Below, one piece after another: positions 37,197 through 48,755 of a DNA stretch of 64,000 nt. The stretch is from Anthoceros angustus (lineage: Eukaryota > Plantae > Anthocerotophyta): the NCBI GenBank assembly GCA_010909165.1, contig VJWM01000044.1, forward strand, positions 434,001-498,000, written 5' to 3'. Numbering within the stretch: the first letter of the stretch is position 1; the number at the start of each line of letters is the position of its first letter. Below the pieces are notes generated by a model. That model was given only the letters and a program-made list of their open reading frames with translations, ran no database searches and was not told where the DNA came from. Both the position numbers and the translations under genes were made by a program.

Positions 37197-38164
37197 TCAA
37201 TCTGACAGCCTCGTCGTGCGCAAGTAACCCTTTCCAGACGGCAAGTTCTCGGTTTTATAACCTTGTGGAAACTGGTTTTTGGCATCATCGTTGTTGACCG
37301 AAGGCGAGATCACCACATCCTCCCCCTTCTTCCAATCTGCCGGCGTTGCTATTTTGTGCTTGGCAGCGAGCTGCAAGGAGTCCAGAACTCGCAGTACTTC
37401 ATTGAAGTCGCGTCCAGTTGTTCCAGGGTAAAGGAAACTCAGCTTAAGCTGTCAACCGAGCAGCAAACAATGAAATGCTGTCAGTCTGCGGACTTTTGGT
37501 GCTGTAAATTCTACATCGGGGGCGCAAAGCACAGCACAAGATACCTTCTTGTCAGGTCCCACAATATGCAGTGCGCGAGAAGCAAGGGGCTTCCCACTTG
37601 GATCTGTGGCGTCCTTGTCCAACATGTTCAGTGTTCCGGTTATCTTACGATCTGGATCTGCTAAGATGGGATAATTGATCTTCGTCTTCTGCAAAGGGTG
37701 CCAGATAACATGAGAGAAAAGAATGGAATCATAGCACATGGCATGGAGAAGGAAGCCGTACTACGACTCACAGAGTAGGCTTCGATATCCTTGATCCAGC
37801 CGACGTGGTCCTCGACACTGTCTGTGGACAGGCCAAGCAGCTTAGCTCCTCGCTTCTTGAACTCGTCCTCATACTGTGCGATCCTTCCTAGCTCAGTTGT
37901 GCACACTGGAGTGTAGTCGCCTGATGCATGGGAAGGGCAGCGATCTCATCATGATTCGAGGCGTTGGCGGCATCCACTACAGCATTCTTGAGCACGAACA
38001 TTTTACTCGGACGTCAAAGGCCAATACACAATGTGTGCAACGCTACCTGGATGAGAGAAAATGATGCCCCAGTCGTTCCCGATCCAGTCATGCAGTTTGA
38101 TGCGGCCCTGCGTGGAATCAGCTTCAATGTTTGGAATCACATCGCCTAAAGACAAGCACGACAT
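37197..38164 (-). CDS. PER1: 1-Cys peroxiredoxin
   Basis: [22 protein letters not shown]...[53 protein letters not shown] are present. Confidence 0.95.
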
Positions 38165-38750
38165 TTTGGAAGACTTCGACTCGGCGGGTGAACACAGGAG
38201 CAGCGGTAGCAGCGTAGCTGCGTGATGAAAGAACCGAGGCAGTAGAAGCGAAGGGAAGATTGGCACCAGGATGGTGGAAGGGAAGGAGTTTTAAGACGGG
38301 GGCATGCGGAGTCTCAAAGTGTCCGAGCGGCCTGCATGGCTGCTACGTAGCCTTCTACTTGGCACTGCAGCTGGACGGGCGCGTGTCAGTCGTCTCCGCT
38401 TGAAAGCTCAAAGCTGCAAGCAATAACATATGACCATGTCACCTGCATTCCAGCAGCATTTCACTTTACAAGGCCTGGTTGCATGCGACGAGCAGTTCAA
38501 CGACCCACCTAATAGTTGCACGACCAGCTCTGAATCACTTGAATCGTTATCATGTTCTCACGGCACAGTAATAAATAGGAATCAACAGCTCAAATCTAGT
38601 CTACAAAAATCGGTTTCCGCCGATCCCTGAATCCACATGGAGGTTTCTCTGTAATAAGAGAGCAGCCTCCACAGGGTCGGAAAGACGGGCTTCAATTATG
38701 CAGTGGTAGAATTTTATCCCCAAAACCTCCTGCAGAGATACTTGGTTGTC

Positions 38751-40615
38751 CTAGATGTCCATGATCTTGATAACAGAAGCAACACCAATGCGATGCAGGG
38801 CCACCACCGAGTCACCATGCTTACATAGACCCCTCTTCACAGCATACTTGATAGCATCATCAAGAATCTCATCAGTCGTGTCTGAGTCAGTGGCTTTGGC
38901 AGATCCTTCTGCAAGAAGAGGGATCAACCCTCTGCACACAAGGCTGTGGCGAGCCGGCGACTCTTCGCTGCAGGACCACTCCAGGCTGTCTGTTGTCAGA
39001 ACTGGAACAGCAACAGATAGAATGGGTACTGATGGCCGGTACTTTGCCACCAGTTTTGCCGTGCTGCCACCCCGAGTCAGCACCACAATCAACGCAGCCC
39101 TGACTTTGTTGGCTGTTCTCACGGCAGACGAGGCCAAACTCTCAAGAGGGCTCATTGGCATGGGTGCTGCCTTCATAATCTCTTTGAAAATGAAGGCGTA
39201 GTCAAGAGAAGCCTCCGCCTCTTGACAAATGCGGGCCATAACCTTCACAGCTGTCTCCGGATACGCTCCTGCTGCTGTCTCTCCACTGAGCATCACAGCA
39301 TCAGTTCCATCAAGCACTGCGTTAGCCACATCTGTGGCTTCAGCCCGCGTTGGACGAGGAGATTTGATCATGGACTCCAGCATCTGAGTGGCTGTCACCA
39401 CCGGCTTCCCTGCAGAGTTGCATTTATATATCATCATCTTCTGCGCCAGGAAAATCTTCTCTGTCGGAATTTCCATTCCCAAATCTCCTCGAGCAACCAT
39501 GACTCCATCAGTTTCACGCAGAATGTCATCAAAATTGACCAATCCCTCTTGGTTTTCCACCTACGGAAGAAACAGAAAGACATCCAGCTCTCAGCACCAC
39601 CCAAGCTTCCTGAAGAGCTTGTCATAGCAACAATGAAACCTCCAGGCAAAGGAAAGGGGTCTGTACCTTCGAGATGATCTGGATAGTCTTGGCGTGCTTG
39701 CCAAGCAATTGCCTAATCCTAACAATGTCCTCCCCCTTCCGTACGAAAGAGGCAGCAATGAAGTCAATCTTGTTGGGAATACCCCAGATGGTGATGTCAT
39801 CAACATCCTTCTGGGTAACAGTTGGCAGATCCACAATAATCCCAGGCAAATTCACATTTTTCCTCTCCCCCAGGACTGCGGTATTCTCACACCGAACTTT
39901 CACAACACCCTTGTCAGGGTGAGTAGATACGACAATCAAGGTAATGGTGCCGTCAGCACACAGGATCACATTCCCTGGCTTCAAATCATTCGCCAACTTC
40001 TTGTAGCTCATGGCTATGGTGTTCTCATCACCAACAACGTCATAATCCGTTGTGATGGTGATCTCCTTGTCTCGCACAAGCTGGACGGCCTTCCCACCCT
40101 TCAACATCCCAGTTCGGATTTCTGGACCCTGGCACCCAACAACAGCAGCCACAATGAGAACTTCCCCACTGAACAACCCATCAGACCACAATTCCAAGAT
40201 ACGACGACCCAACAAAGGATCCGGCACAAAACTTCGCACCCACGTCACCTAACTAGCTTTACCAACACAACACAAACAACCCAAAGCAAACCCTGCCGTC
40301 CCAGACTCCCACAACACTGCCCAGCAATGACCCACAGACGCACACCTTGGTATCCAGCAACACCGCGCACATGATCTGAGTAGTCGCCATGGCCTTCTTC
40401 AAATTGTCCAAAGTCTCCTGGTGGTAATCGTAGGAGCCGTGAGAAAAATTGAACCTGGCCACATTCATCCCAGCGCGCAGGAGGCCCTCCAGAATGGGCA
40501 CATCCCGCGACTTAGGGCCCAGGGTGCAGATGATCTTGGTCTTGTTGAGGGGCACCGAGCCCGGCGCGGTGTCATTGGACTTGTTGAGCAGCTCCTGTAT
40601 GTTGATGGTGGCCAT
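38751..40615 (-). CDS. PK: Cytosolic pyruvate kinase
   Basis: KTKIICTLGPKSR, NVARFNFSHG, LLDTK|GPEIRTG, KVENQEGLVNFDDIL, MVARGDLGMEIP and TRAEATDVANAVLDG are present. Confidence 0.97.
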
Positions 40616-41135
40616 GGCGGCTGCGGCGGAACGCTTGCTTCACGGAAACTTCCCGCGGTCCGCAGCCTGCCCTCGACTCCTCCACCAGCCCCTTCTCGGA
40701 CCCAAACAGCCCCTCCCCGTGCGGAAGCTTAATGGCAAGCTGCCCCTGCTCCTACGCAACGCAAGGCTGTTGCAGGAAACGACACCACGCCCAAGGGCCT
40801 GCTGATCCGAGCCCGAAAAGGTCGCAGAGTGTCCAAGCCGAGACAGCGCTGTGAATTAGGAGACTGGTGCGCGGCTTCCTCTGATTCCTCGGGTTCTCCT
40901 CCCAGGGCGTCCGCATTATTTCCATGTCTTTTTCTTTCTAGAAAAGAATTTTTCAGTCACAGAATCGTGTAAATAAAACATCGGGCAGGTAAACTACATA
41001 ACGCTAACTAGCATTTATCTGGATTAAACTTCTTGTAAGTAACCCGGCTGAGGAGCGAGTGACGACCGGCTTCATGCTTGATGAGGAGGGCGCGTTATCC
41101 AGACGTGTAGCGAGCTGCGCTGCGAGCTTCTGGCT

Positions 41136-41990
41136 ATGGCGGCGACCTCCTCTGCGTGCCTCAGTCTGGGGAGCTGCGCGGTGGTGTGCAGGCTGCCCCA
41201 GGCGCAGGTTTCGGGCGCGGGGGCCTGCTGCGGGGGCTTGGAGAGGCCGTTTCTAGGGTTCAGTCTGAGGTGCGGGAATGCGGGGAGCCAGACGGCGGCG
41301 GCCGGGGCCGGGGCCGGGGCGCTGAGAGTGCAGGCCAATGCAGCGGCGGCGGTGGAGGCAGTGGAGGCGGAGGGATCCAAGGTTCAGCGGCTGAAGCTGG
41401 CGTACCTCACCAAGGTGGTGCCGGCGCTGAAGGAGGAGTTCAAGTACACCAACGACATGGAGGTGCCGAAGGTGAAGAAGGTGGTGGTGAACTGCGGCGT
41501 CGGGGAGGCGGCGCAGAATGCCAAGTCCCTGGAGGCCACGGTGCGGGATATCTCGCTCATTACCGGGCAGAAGCCGATTGTGACCAGGGCGCGGAAGGCC
41601 ATCGCCGGGTTCAAGCTCCGGAAGGGAGTGCCGGTGGGAGTGGCGCTCACGCTGCGCGGTGAGCTCATGTACTCGTTTCTGGACAGGCTGCTGAACCTGG
41701 CCCTGCCCCGGACGCGGGATTTTCAGGGGGTGAATGCGTATGGCTTCGACGGCCGGGGGAACTACACGCTGGGAATGCCGGAGCAGAGCGTGTTCCCGGA
41801 GATCAAGTTTGAGAACATCGACAGGCAAAGGGGGATGGACATCTCCATCATCACCACTGCCAAGACAGACCAGGAGAGCCAGAAATTGCTCAGCTTGTTA
41901 GGGATGCCTTACAAGGAAAACTCTACCAAGGCTATCAGGTTGCGGAAGAAGGGCAAGCTCATTGGCAAGGGTGGCAAGAGGCGCAGGTAG
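41136..41990 (+). CDS. RPL5: Plastid ribosomal protein uL5c with transit peptide, intronless
   Basis: Ser/Ala-rich N-terminus, then [37 protein letters not shown] and [10 protein letters not shown]. Confidence 0.95.
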   Translation: MAATSSACLSLGSCAVVCRLPQAQVSGAGACCGGLERPFLGFSLRCGNAGSQTAAAGAGAGALRVQANAAAAVEAVEAEGSKVQRLKLAYLTKVVPALKEEFKYTNDMEVPKVKKVVVNCGVGEAAQNAKSLEATVRDISLITGQKPIVTRARKAIAGFKLRKGVPVGVALTLRGELMYSFLDRLLNLALPRTRDFQGVNAYGFDGRGNYTLGMPEQSVFPEIKFENIDRQRGMDISIITTAKTDQESQKLLSLLGMPYKENSTKAIRLRKKGKLIGKGGKRRR

Positions 41991-42712
41991 ATAATGGCCT
42001 GTATTTTTTTTTGGAAGCTCTAGCCGGATTTATGCCGCCAGCAGAAGCAGACCTTCTTTAGTGTGGAGCTTCAACGTGGCCACTTCTGAGCGCGTGTCCT
42101 CCAACTTGAGGCAGGAAATTTCGGCTTGCACCACCACTTCTTTGTACATGAATCTCATGTGTAATCTTTCCTGGCTAGATGAATCCACGGAGATAAATCT
42201 GCCGCCGTGATCGAGTAGTGTTACTTGGCTAGCTTGCAAGATTCTCTTTCGTTGTCCAAGCATTGGAGAAGGTGTAGCCTGGGATCAGACTGGTCTAAAT
42301 GAAAATAGTCTCCTGTCTGCAGAGACAAACTGACGGGTTTCGGTAAGAGAGCCCTGAAGCAACAGACTGAGTACTGGTGTACACCACATTTCTATATGTT
42401 GCCATAGCCTTCCCTAGTCAGAGATAAACAGGCTAAAAGATGCAGTCTAAATGATTCACTAATACTAGACTAACCGCGTCCAATCAGCGGTATACCTGAT
42501 CAAGCCTGCCGAGCTTGCAGATAAGGTAGGCACAGAAAACCAGAAAATGGAGCCTCCTTGCTTCACTTACGCTACCACTGCCATGAAGCTGTGAGCTGGA
42601 TCAAGCCGTCCCTGCTTGAACAAAGAAAGGCAGAATGCAGCGCCAATTGTTCCGCATCGCGAAGAACTAGCTTATCCACCACACCAAACGCTAGAAAGAG
42701 CCAAATCAGGCC

Positions 42713-43272
42713 TCAAAAGTTCACATCTGCTCCCTCCTCAGCGAATCCCCAAAAGTCATTGTCGTCGTCGGATTTGGATTTGGCCCCGGGGCCCTTGGAA
42801 CCCTCCTCTCCCTCCCGGGGAAGAAAGGTCCGGCGGGGCTTCTTCCTGCGGGCAGCCTGCTTCCGCTTCACAATATCCTGAGGAGTTTCAAAGAACCGGC
42901 GGCGGCGGCACTCCGGAATGACGCCTGCCTGCATCACAGCCTTCCGGAAGCGGCGCACAACGCTGTCAGGCGCCTCATCCTCCCCGCAGAACACCTGCGC
43001 GTTGTAGGCTCCCTTGAACCACATGACGTTAGCATGCTGCAACGCCGGGCAGCTCACGGCAGCAACAGCAGCCGCGGTGTCCGCCCCCGCCTCCGCGCTC
43101 CAGCTCAGTCCGCCGCTGCCGCGTTCTGCCTCGCCTGTGCCGCAAGCCCCAGCCGGCCTAGGCTGCTCCCGGCGCTCCCCGACGTGGAAGCTTCGGCGCT
43201 GCAGCGCGGCGACACGGCCAGCCGCGAGAAGGAGGCCAGCACGCAGGTGGCGTTCGCCATCGCTCCCGCCAT
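42713..43272 (-). CDS. RPS21: Plastid ribosomal protein bS21c (apparent 1-nt frameshift between transit peptide and mature domain)
   Basis: AYNAQVFCGEDEAPDSVVRRFRKAVMQAGVIPECRRRRFFETPQD is the S21 domain. The ATG at 43272 opens a transit-peptide-like frame that stops at 43105 in a different frame. Confidence 0.85.
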
Positions 43273-43490
43273 ATCCCTTCTCTTTCACACCGCCCGCTCC
43301 CGCTGGATAACGTTCATTTCGACCGATACAGTAAAGACCCGGACTCTACAACGTTACGGACCTCTTCCTTCCTCCCCCTACCCGCTCGCTTAAATCGTCC
43401 CAATAATGAAACACGTTTCAAGAAACAAACGGGTATCAAACCTAAAACGTTGTCACTCTAAAACGCGCATCACGTCCCAGCACCAGGACG

Positions 43491-44642
43491 TCACCACAGC
43501 GCGGCATAGCCATCGATAATGGCCCGCATCGCAGCGATGGTTCTATCATGCTCCTTCTCCATGGCCCACATTGCCTCCTCCTTGGCTTGGAGCTCCAGCT
43601 TCACCATCTCCAGATCCCGCCCCATCTCCGCTAATTCAGCCCTGGCTTTCTTGAGCTCCTTGCCTTCCTCCCCATCCGACGACTCGCCTTCGCGAGCCCT
43701 CCTCTTGGCAGAAGCCTTCCCCGGAGCCGAACCTCGACAGTGCGGCGAAACCCCAGACTTCACGTCGGAATCAGTGCTGGCCTGGCTACCCAAATGACAC
43801 AGCCTCCGAGACCACCTGGTCGGAAATTCATTCAAATTCATCCTCCTCTTCTTCCCGACCCCGTCCGCCATCGCCTTCCCACCTTCCCCACCCACTCCCA
43901 CATTCCTATGCACCCTCACCTCGGGCAGGGACGGAATTGCAGCGCTGACATACTTCAGCAGCAGCTCCTGGGCAGCATCCGGCAATGGCCTGTCATGCAT
44001 CGCCCGCAACCTGCTCTTCACGTAATCCACCCGGTGCCGCGCCCAGTCGAAGACCTCGCCATGGAACAAGGGACCCACAAAGGCGCATGCCTGCCCCACC
44101 GTCACCCCGGCAGGATTTCCAGGGAGAAAGAGCCTCTCAATGTGCTCCAGGACATAGTGCTGGAGCCTGGGGTACATGTCCTTGAGGTACACCCCGTTCT
44201 TGCACGCGTGGTCCTTCCCCCGCGGCTGCAGCAGGTAGTCCTTCACCGACTCGTAGCGGGATGCGTATCCCCGCGTCGGCACGGAGGAGCCAGTGTAAGA
44301 GATCCCGAGCACTCTCCCCACCACGTCCGGGGCCAGCGACAGAGCCCGGCAATTGTTCACCTGGATCATGCTCGGGAGCTCCTCCCCACCGTCATGGAAC
44401 CCGGTGATCTGGAACTCCTGGCTGATCCACGCAGCCTTCCTCAGGCGATTGCGGAAGGGCAAGAGCTCTCCGTCCCAGCCCAAACAGCCCAGCTTCGCCA
44501 GAAACAGCTCCGACCTCTTCCACCTCCTACCGTGCTCCACCCATGTCGGATCCACCTCCTTCTGCGCCAATCGCCACTGCTCGGATGCAGCCCCGGTGCC
44601 CACCTCCTCCGCCCCCACTTCCTCCTTCACCTTCGCCTTCAT
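43491..44642 (-). CDS. Intronless uncharacterised protein (383 aa from MKAKVKEE), probably retrotransposon-accessory-ORF derived, with C-terminal coiled coil
   Basis: Long stop-free GC-rich frame between housekeeping genes. It shows motif similarity to the minus-strand ORF fragments at 7860-8300. The C-terminus is ELKKARAELAEMGRDLEMVKLELQAKEE. Confidence 0.7.
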   Translation of the reverse strand: MKAKVKEEVGAEEVGTGAASEQWRLAQKEVDPTWVEHGRRWKRSELFLAKLGCLGWDGELLPFRNRLRKAAWISQEFQITGFHDGGEELPSMIQVNNCRALSLAPDVVGRVLGISYTGSSVPTRGYASRYESVKDYLLQPRGKDHACKNGVYLKDMYPRLQHYVLEHIERLFLPGNPAGVTVGQACAFVGPLFHGEVFDWARHRVDYVKSRLRAMHDRPLPDAAQELLLKYVSAAIPSLPEVRVHRNVGVGGEGGKAMADGVGKKRRMNLNEFPTRWSRRLCHLGSQASTDSDVKSGVSPHCRGSAPGKASAKRRAREGESSDGEEGKELKKARAELAEMGRDLEMVKLELQAKEEAMWAMEKEHDRTIAAMRAIIDGYAALW

Positions 44643-45125
44643 CTTCCTGGACGCTTCCCGGAGACCCCAGCAAAGGCTGCCTGGCAGGCAACGGCAGGAC
44701 GTGCAGCCAGGGGCGAGAAGGAGGCCGCAATTACCCAATTACGCTCGCTGGCAGACATCATAGGCTGGGCACATTATTAGTCGGCTGCCCACTTGCCTCC
44801 TGCTCGTCACAGTGCTGTGTCATTCACGACTGGTGCTTGCTTTGAAGGGGTTCTTGCACGCTTCTTGCGTTTCCAGAACTTTGCCACCCAAGGAATGGTC
44901 TTGAGGGGAGTCCGGTGACATATGTAGGTGGTATCACGCAAATGCAGCCTGTTTTGGGCGGTAACAGTTGGAAGTTGGATCACCTGTCAAGTGAGACGGG
45001 AGGAAGGGGAGGGAAGGGACGGGACGGGCAGGGAAGGGAAGGGAGGCAGGACTAGACTTTCTTTTTCACGCGTGGACCGGGTGGGTAAAATGTTGGTATC
45101 TATAGCCCTGCCCTGTGCAGACGGG

Positions 45126-46916
45126 ATGATGAGGCTGCAAGGACTGCTGCTGGGGCCTCCTCCTGCCTGGCACCGGTTGTCCTCGTCCTGCTCGCACGGA
45201 GGCTTGGCAGGCTTCAGATTGCAGCGTCGGGTCCGCTGGGGAGAGCTACTTGGGCAGCGGAGAAGAGGCGGATCCGGAGCGGCAGGGTTCAGTGCCATGG
45301 CTGACGCGGGGGCTTCCAGCGTCGATGCTTCGGTTGCCTCTTCTGTCAGTGAGTGCTTCTGCCTCTGCCTGTTCCTTCCAGCTGCCAATTGCGGGGAATC
45401 GGGGATAATTGTTTGGAATTGGGTTTGGCAGGCTATGAGCGAGGGCGGAAGCCGATCGTGATCCAACCCAAGGGGAAGCATTTGGTGTCGGTGGTGTGGC
45501 TGCATGGCCTTGGTGACTCGGGCTATGGGTATGTTTGGGTCTGATTCGGATGGATGTTGGGTGCTCGTGTGGGTGGGTGGGAGGGCGAGGTGCTGAGAGT
45601 TTTGTGGGCGCTGCGACGCAGGTGGCAGGATAGTTTGGAGGACCTTCCTCTGCCTAATGTAAGGAGCAAGTTGTGTGAATGCGAGGACAGTAGGGCAGAT
45701 TTCCGGTGGTAGAGTTGGCTATCGTTGTTGCCTGCTGATAGTCCTGCCACACGGTGCAATCGTAGGTCAAGTGGATTCTGCCAACCGCGCCTACTCGACC
45801 TGTGACCGTCAATGGTGGCTTGCCATGCAATGCCTGTAAGTTTTCTCAGGCGTTGTTGCTTGGAAGGGGTTGTTGTCGAGGTTCTGTTTGATGGCTGTCG
45901 TTTCCTCGTCTTGACTGCAACGAGCAAGAACGTTTGTGCTGCCGTTGCGCAGGGTTTGATGTGGGGAGTTTGACATCAGAGACCTTGGATGATGTTCAGG
46001 GCCTTGACGCCTCAGCGGCCCTGGTGGCGGACCTTCTTGTTGAGCATGGTAAATCAGGTGAGGGCGGGATAGCTATGTCATTCACAGAATATCTGTCTTC
46101 CTGGTCAGCGGTTTTGGTCTCACCAGCTTCCTGGCTGTGGTGCCAGGAGACGGGACACCTGTAAAGCTTGTTGTAGGTGGCTTCAGCATGGGGGCTGCTA
46201 CGTCCCTGTACACAGCAACCCGATATGTAGCTGGCAAGTATGGGAGCGGCAAGCCTTTCGTACTGCCCTCCCTAGATGCCGTTGTCGGCCTCAGTGGCTG
46301 GCTTCCGCGAGCGAAGTGAGTGGGACTTGGTTTCCTCACCCTCAATCTGAAGTCAGAAGTGAAACTGCGGCGTGTTGTTCTTCCATCATGCGTGCTCTGT
46401 CATAAGATTCAACTTCCTTGCTATATCAGGCCCAGTTTTCCATGTGGTCCGCAGGGTTGCTGTTAAGGAAGCGTCAGAGAGTGCCGAATCTGTGCAGAGG
46501 GCAGCGGAACTCCCTGTTTTCATTGCCCATGGCACAGGTAGTCACTTACGAGTATAGCTACCAGAGTCTGCCAGCAACTGCAGTTCGTTTTTTTTCTCAT
46601 GGAATGTTTTGGTTTTGAGCTGCAGCTGATTGGGTGGTTGCCTACAACTTTGGGGAGCGATCGAAAGCTGCTCTTGAGTCTTCAGGTTATAACAACCTGG
46701 TGTTCAAACGTTATGAAGGGTGAGTTTGCACGTATACTTTCACTTCTGTTGCAGCAAGCTGAGAGTCTACTAGGCTTGTGTATTGTTTGCCTTTCTCTCA
46801 TCGTGCAAGCGTGACAAAACGGGGTGATCAAATGTAGGCTGCCCCACTCTGCCTCGGTCGAGGAATTCTTGGATCTTGTTAAGTGGCTCAAGGAGACTCT
46901 CAACCTAGAAGGCTGA
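45126..46916 (+). CDS. Acyl-protein thioesterase / phospholipase-carboxylesterase family with putative organellar presequence
   Basis: VVWLHGLGDSG, KWILPTAPTRPVTVNGG, VGGFSMGAA (nucleophile elbow), VVGLSGWLP, PVFIAHGT|ADWVV and LPHS are present. Confidence 0.9.
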
Positions 46917-47175
46917 AGCTCGGAGCTATATTGACACAGCCAATGGCCAGTTTGAAACAGTTGAAGAAGCCATTTGCCTGTGACCTTGTACGCTCTTGCT
47001 CGACAAGTTCGCAGGCACCACTTGTTGTCGCAAACATTTTTTCACGTGTTGTATCCGGGTACCAGGTTGCACATTACGTTTTCCGATTTATTAGTTTGAA
47101 ATAAGCGGAACAACCGTGTCTGGCTATGTCAAATGTCTCTCTGCCAACTTCATTGTTACTTGCCTGTGTGTGGAG

Positions 47176-47460
47176 GATACCTTACCTTGCTAGAGCTACT
47201 TCTGATTTGTTTTGTAATCTTCTCACCAGGAGACAAATCCCACGAAATCATATGTAAGAGCTCGACTGTCGATACCTTGCCTTGCTAGAGCTACTTCTGA
47301 TTTGTCTTGTAATCTTCTCACCAGGAGACAAATCCACGAAATCATATGTAAGTGTGCGACTGTCGATACCTTACCTTGCTAGAGCTACTTCTGATTTGTT
47401 TTTGTAATCTTCTCACCAGGAGACAAATCCACGAAACCATATGTAAGTGTTCGACTGTTG
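47176..47460. repeat. About 95-bp tandem repeat, three copies
   Basis: GATACCTT(A)CCTTGCTAGAGCTACTTCTGATTTG...AATCTTCTCACCAGGAGACAAATCCACGAAA(T)CATATGTAAG recurs at 47176, 47271 and 47365. Confidence 0.9.
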
Positions 47461-47852
47461 TCGTAAATGCTAGCCAACTGTACCAACTGCAGCAAAGGCG
47501 TTGGTGCAGCAAAGGCCTGTATGCCACTTGAATGCTAGCCGATTGCAGCAAAGGCTTGTATGCCGTTAGTGCCTTACGTACTCGTCTTAGCTGATATGAA
47601 ACCTATCCACATATTTAATCAGGAATTTATGTACCTCGAATTTAATCTCAAACCAATATTGGATACCAATACTCTACGAGATCTATGTTTAACACACATA
47701 ATATTGTACTAAAATATAAATTATGAGATATAATAATTGACACGGAGACTTTATATTGAAAAGAGATGGAAAACCCTAGGTACCACGAAAGAAAAAGGGC
47801 ACAATGTTGGGGGACAAACTTCCCCTCCCCGATTGCTCAGCTCCAAACTACT

Positions 47853-47978
47853 TATAACCCGAAGAATTTCGTGGTCAGGGATAGGAAAAGGCCTATAACC
47901 CGAAGAATTTCATGGTCAGGGATAGGAAAAGGCCTATAACCCGAAGAATTTTGTAGTCAGGGATAGGAAAAGGCCTAT
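47853..47978. repeat. 41-bp tandem repeat, three copies
   Basis: TATAACCCGAAGAATTT(C/T)(G/A)T(G/A)GTCAGGGATAGGAAAAGGCC recurs at 47853, 47894 and 47935. Confidence 0.92.
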
Positions 47979-48627
47979 TTACCACAAGTGTCGAAGAGGC
48001 TGCATCCATAGTGCTAGCCGCCGTCCTGTACACCTCGTTTGCCGCCGCCCCCTATAGTGCTATGGACACCCGTTGCCTGAAGAAAGTCACAACACAAGAA
48101 ATGGGGAGAGACCAACCCCATTCTCATAGAAACTTGGCATTTCGCAGCAAAAATACACAATATGGAGCAGAGCAAGCACTTTTGAATTTCTAACAATCTT
48201 GACATTATGGTTGACATTGTTGTTCGCTGCAAGTACAAAGATTATGCAAACAAAGCACAGCTTATTAGCTTCGCTACCCAATCTTCCTAAAGCGGCCTTT
48301 GTCTCCGAGTGATGCTCATCTCTCATGTTTGCTTGCATTACTTGATAAAAAGATGATGGGTAGATCTCGCAAATTTAATCAGGAAAAAAAGACTCCCATT
48401 CGGCTCAAGTCGTTGTCCGAGCTTGGACCATGACTTGAGCCGAATGTTGTCCCAAATTTGGTAAATCAACAAATATAGCGTAAGATGATTTCACATATCG
48501 AGATCGGAATGAGATCAGGTGTTTTCATGTCGTGACCTCAATTTGAGTCGTATGCGGGGAAGACTCGCAAGGGCGGTGCTCAAGGGAGGGAACCTTAAGC
48601 TCACCTATCCTTATTGGAGCAACTTAC

Positions 48628-48755
48628 TTTAATCTAGCTACGAGCTATTTTACCCTTTCAGTGAAATGTGACCTCGCCTTTGATTCTTGCAGCAATGAAA
48701 CTTAGGCGAGGTCCTATCTCACCAAAAGGGTAAAAAAGTTCACAGCTAGAGTAAA
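48628..48755. repeat. Imperfect inverted repeat (about 63-bp arms, almost no spacer)
   Basis: TTTAATCTAGCTACGAGCTATTTTACCCTTTCAGTGAAATGTGACCTCGCCT...TTGC pairs with GCAA...AGGCGAGGTCCTATCTCACCAAAAGGGTAAAAAAGTTCACAGCTAGAGTAAA. Confidence 0.8.

Noticed and set aside
43197-43242. 44-nt GT-AG intron that would restore the RPS21 frame
   Set aside because: It is shorter than all other introns in the window and would delete the most transit-peptide-like residues. A 1-nt indel is more parsimonious.
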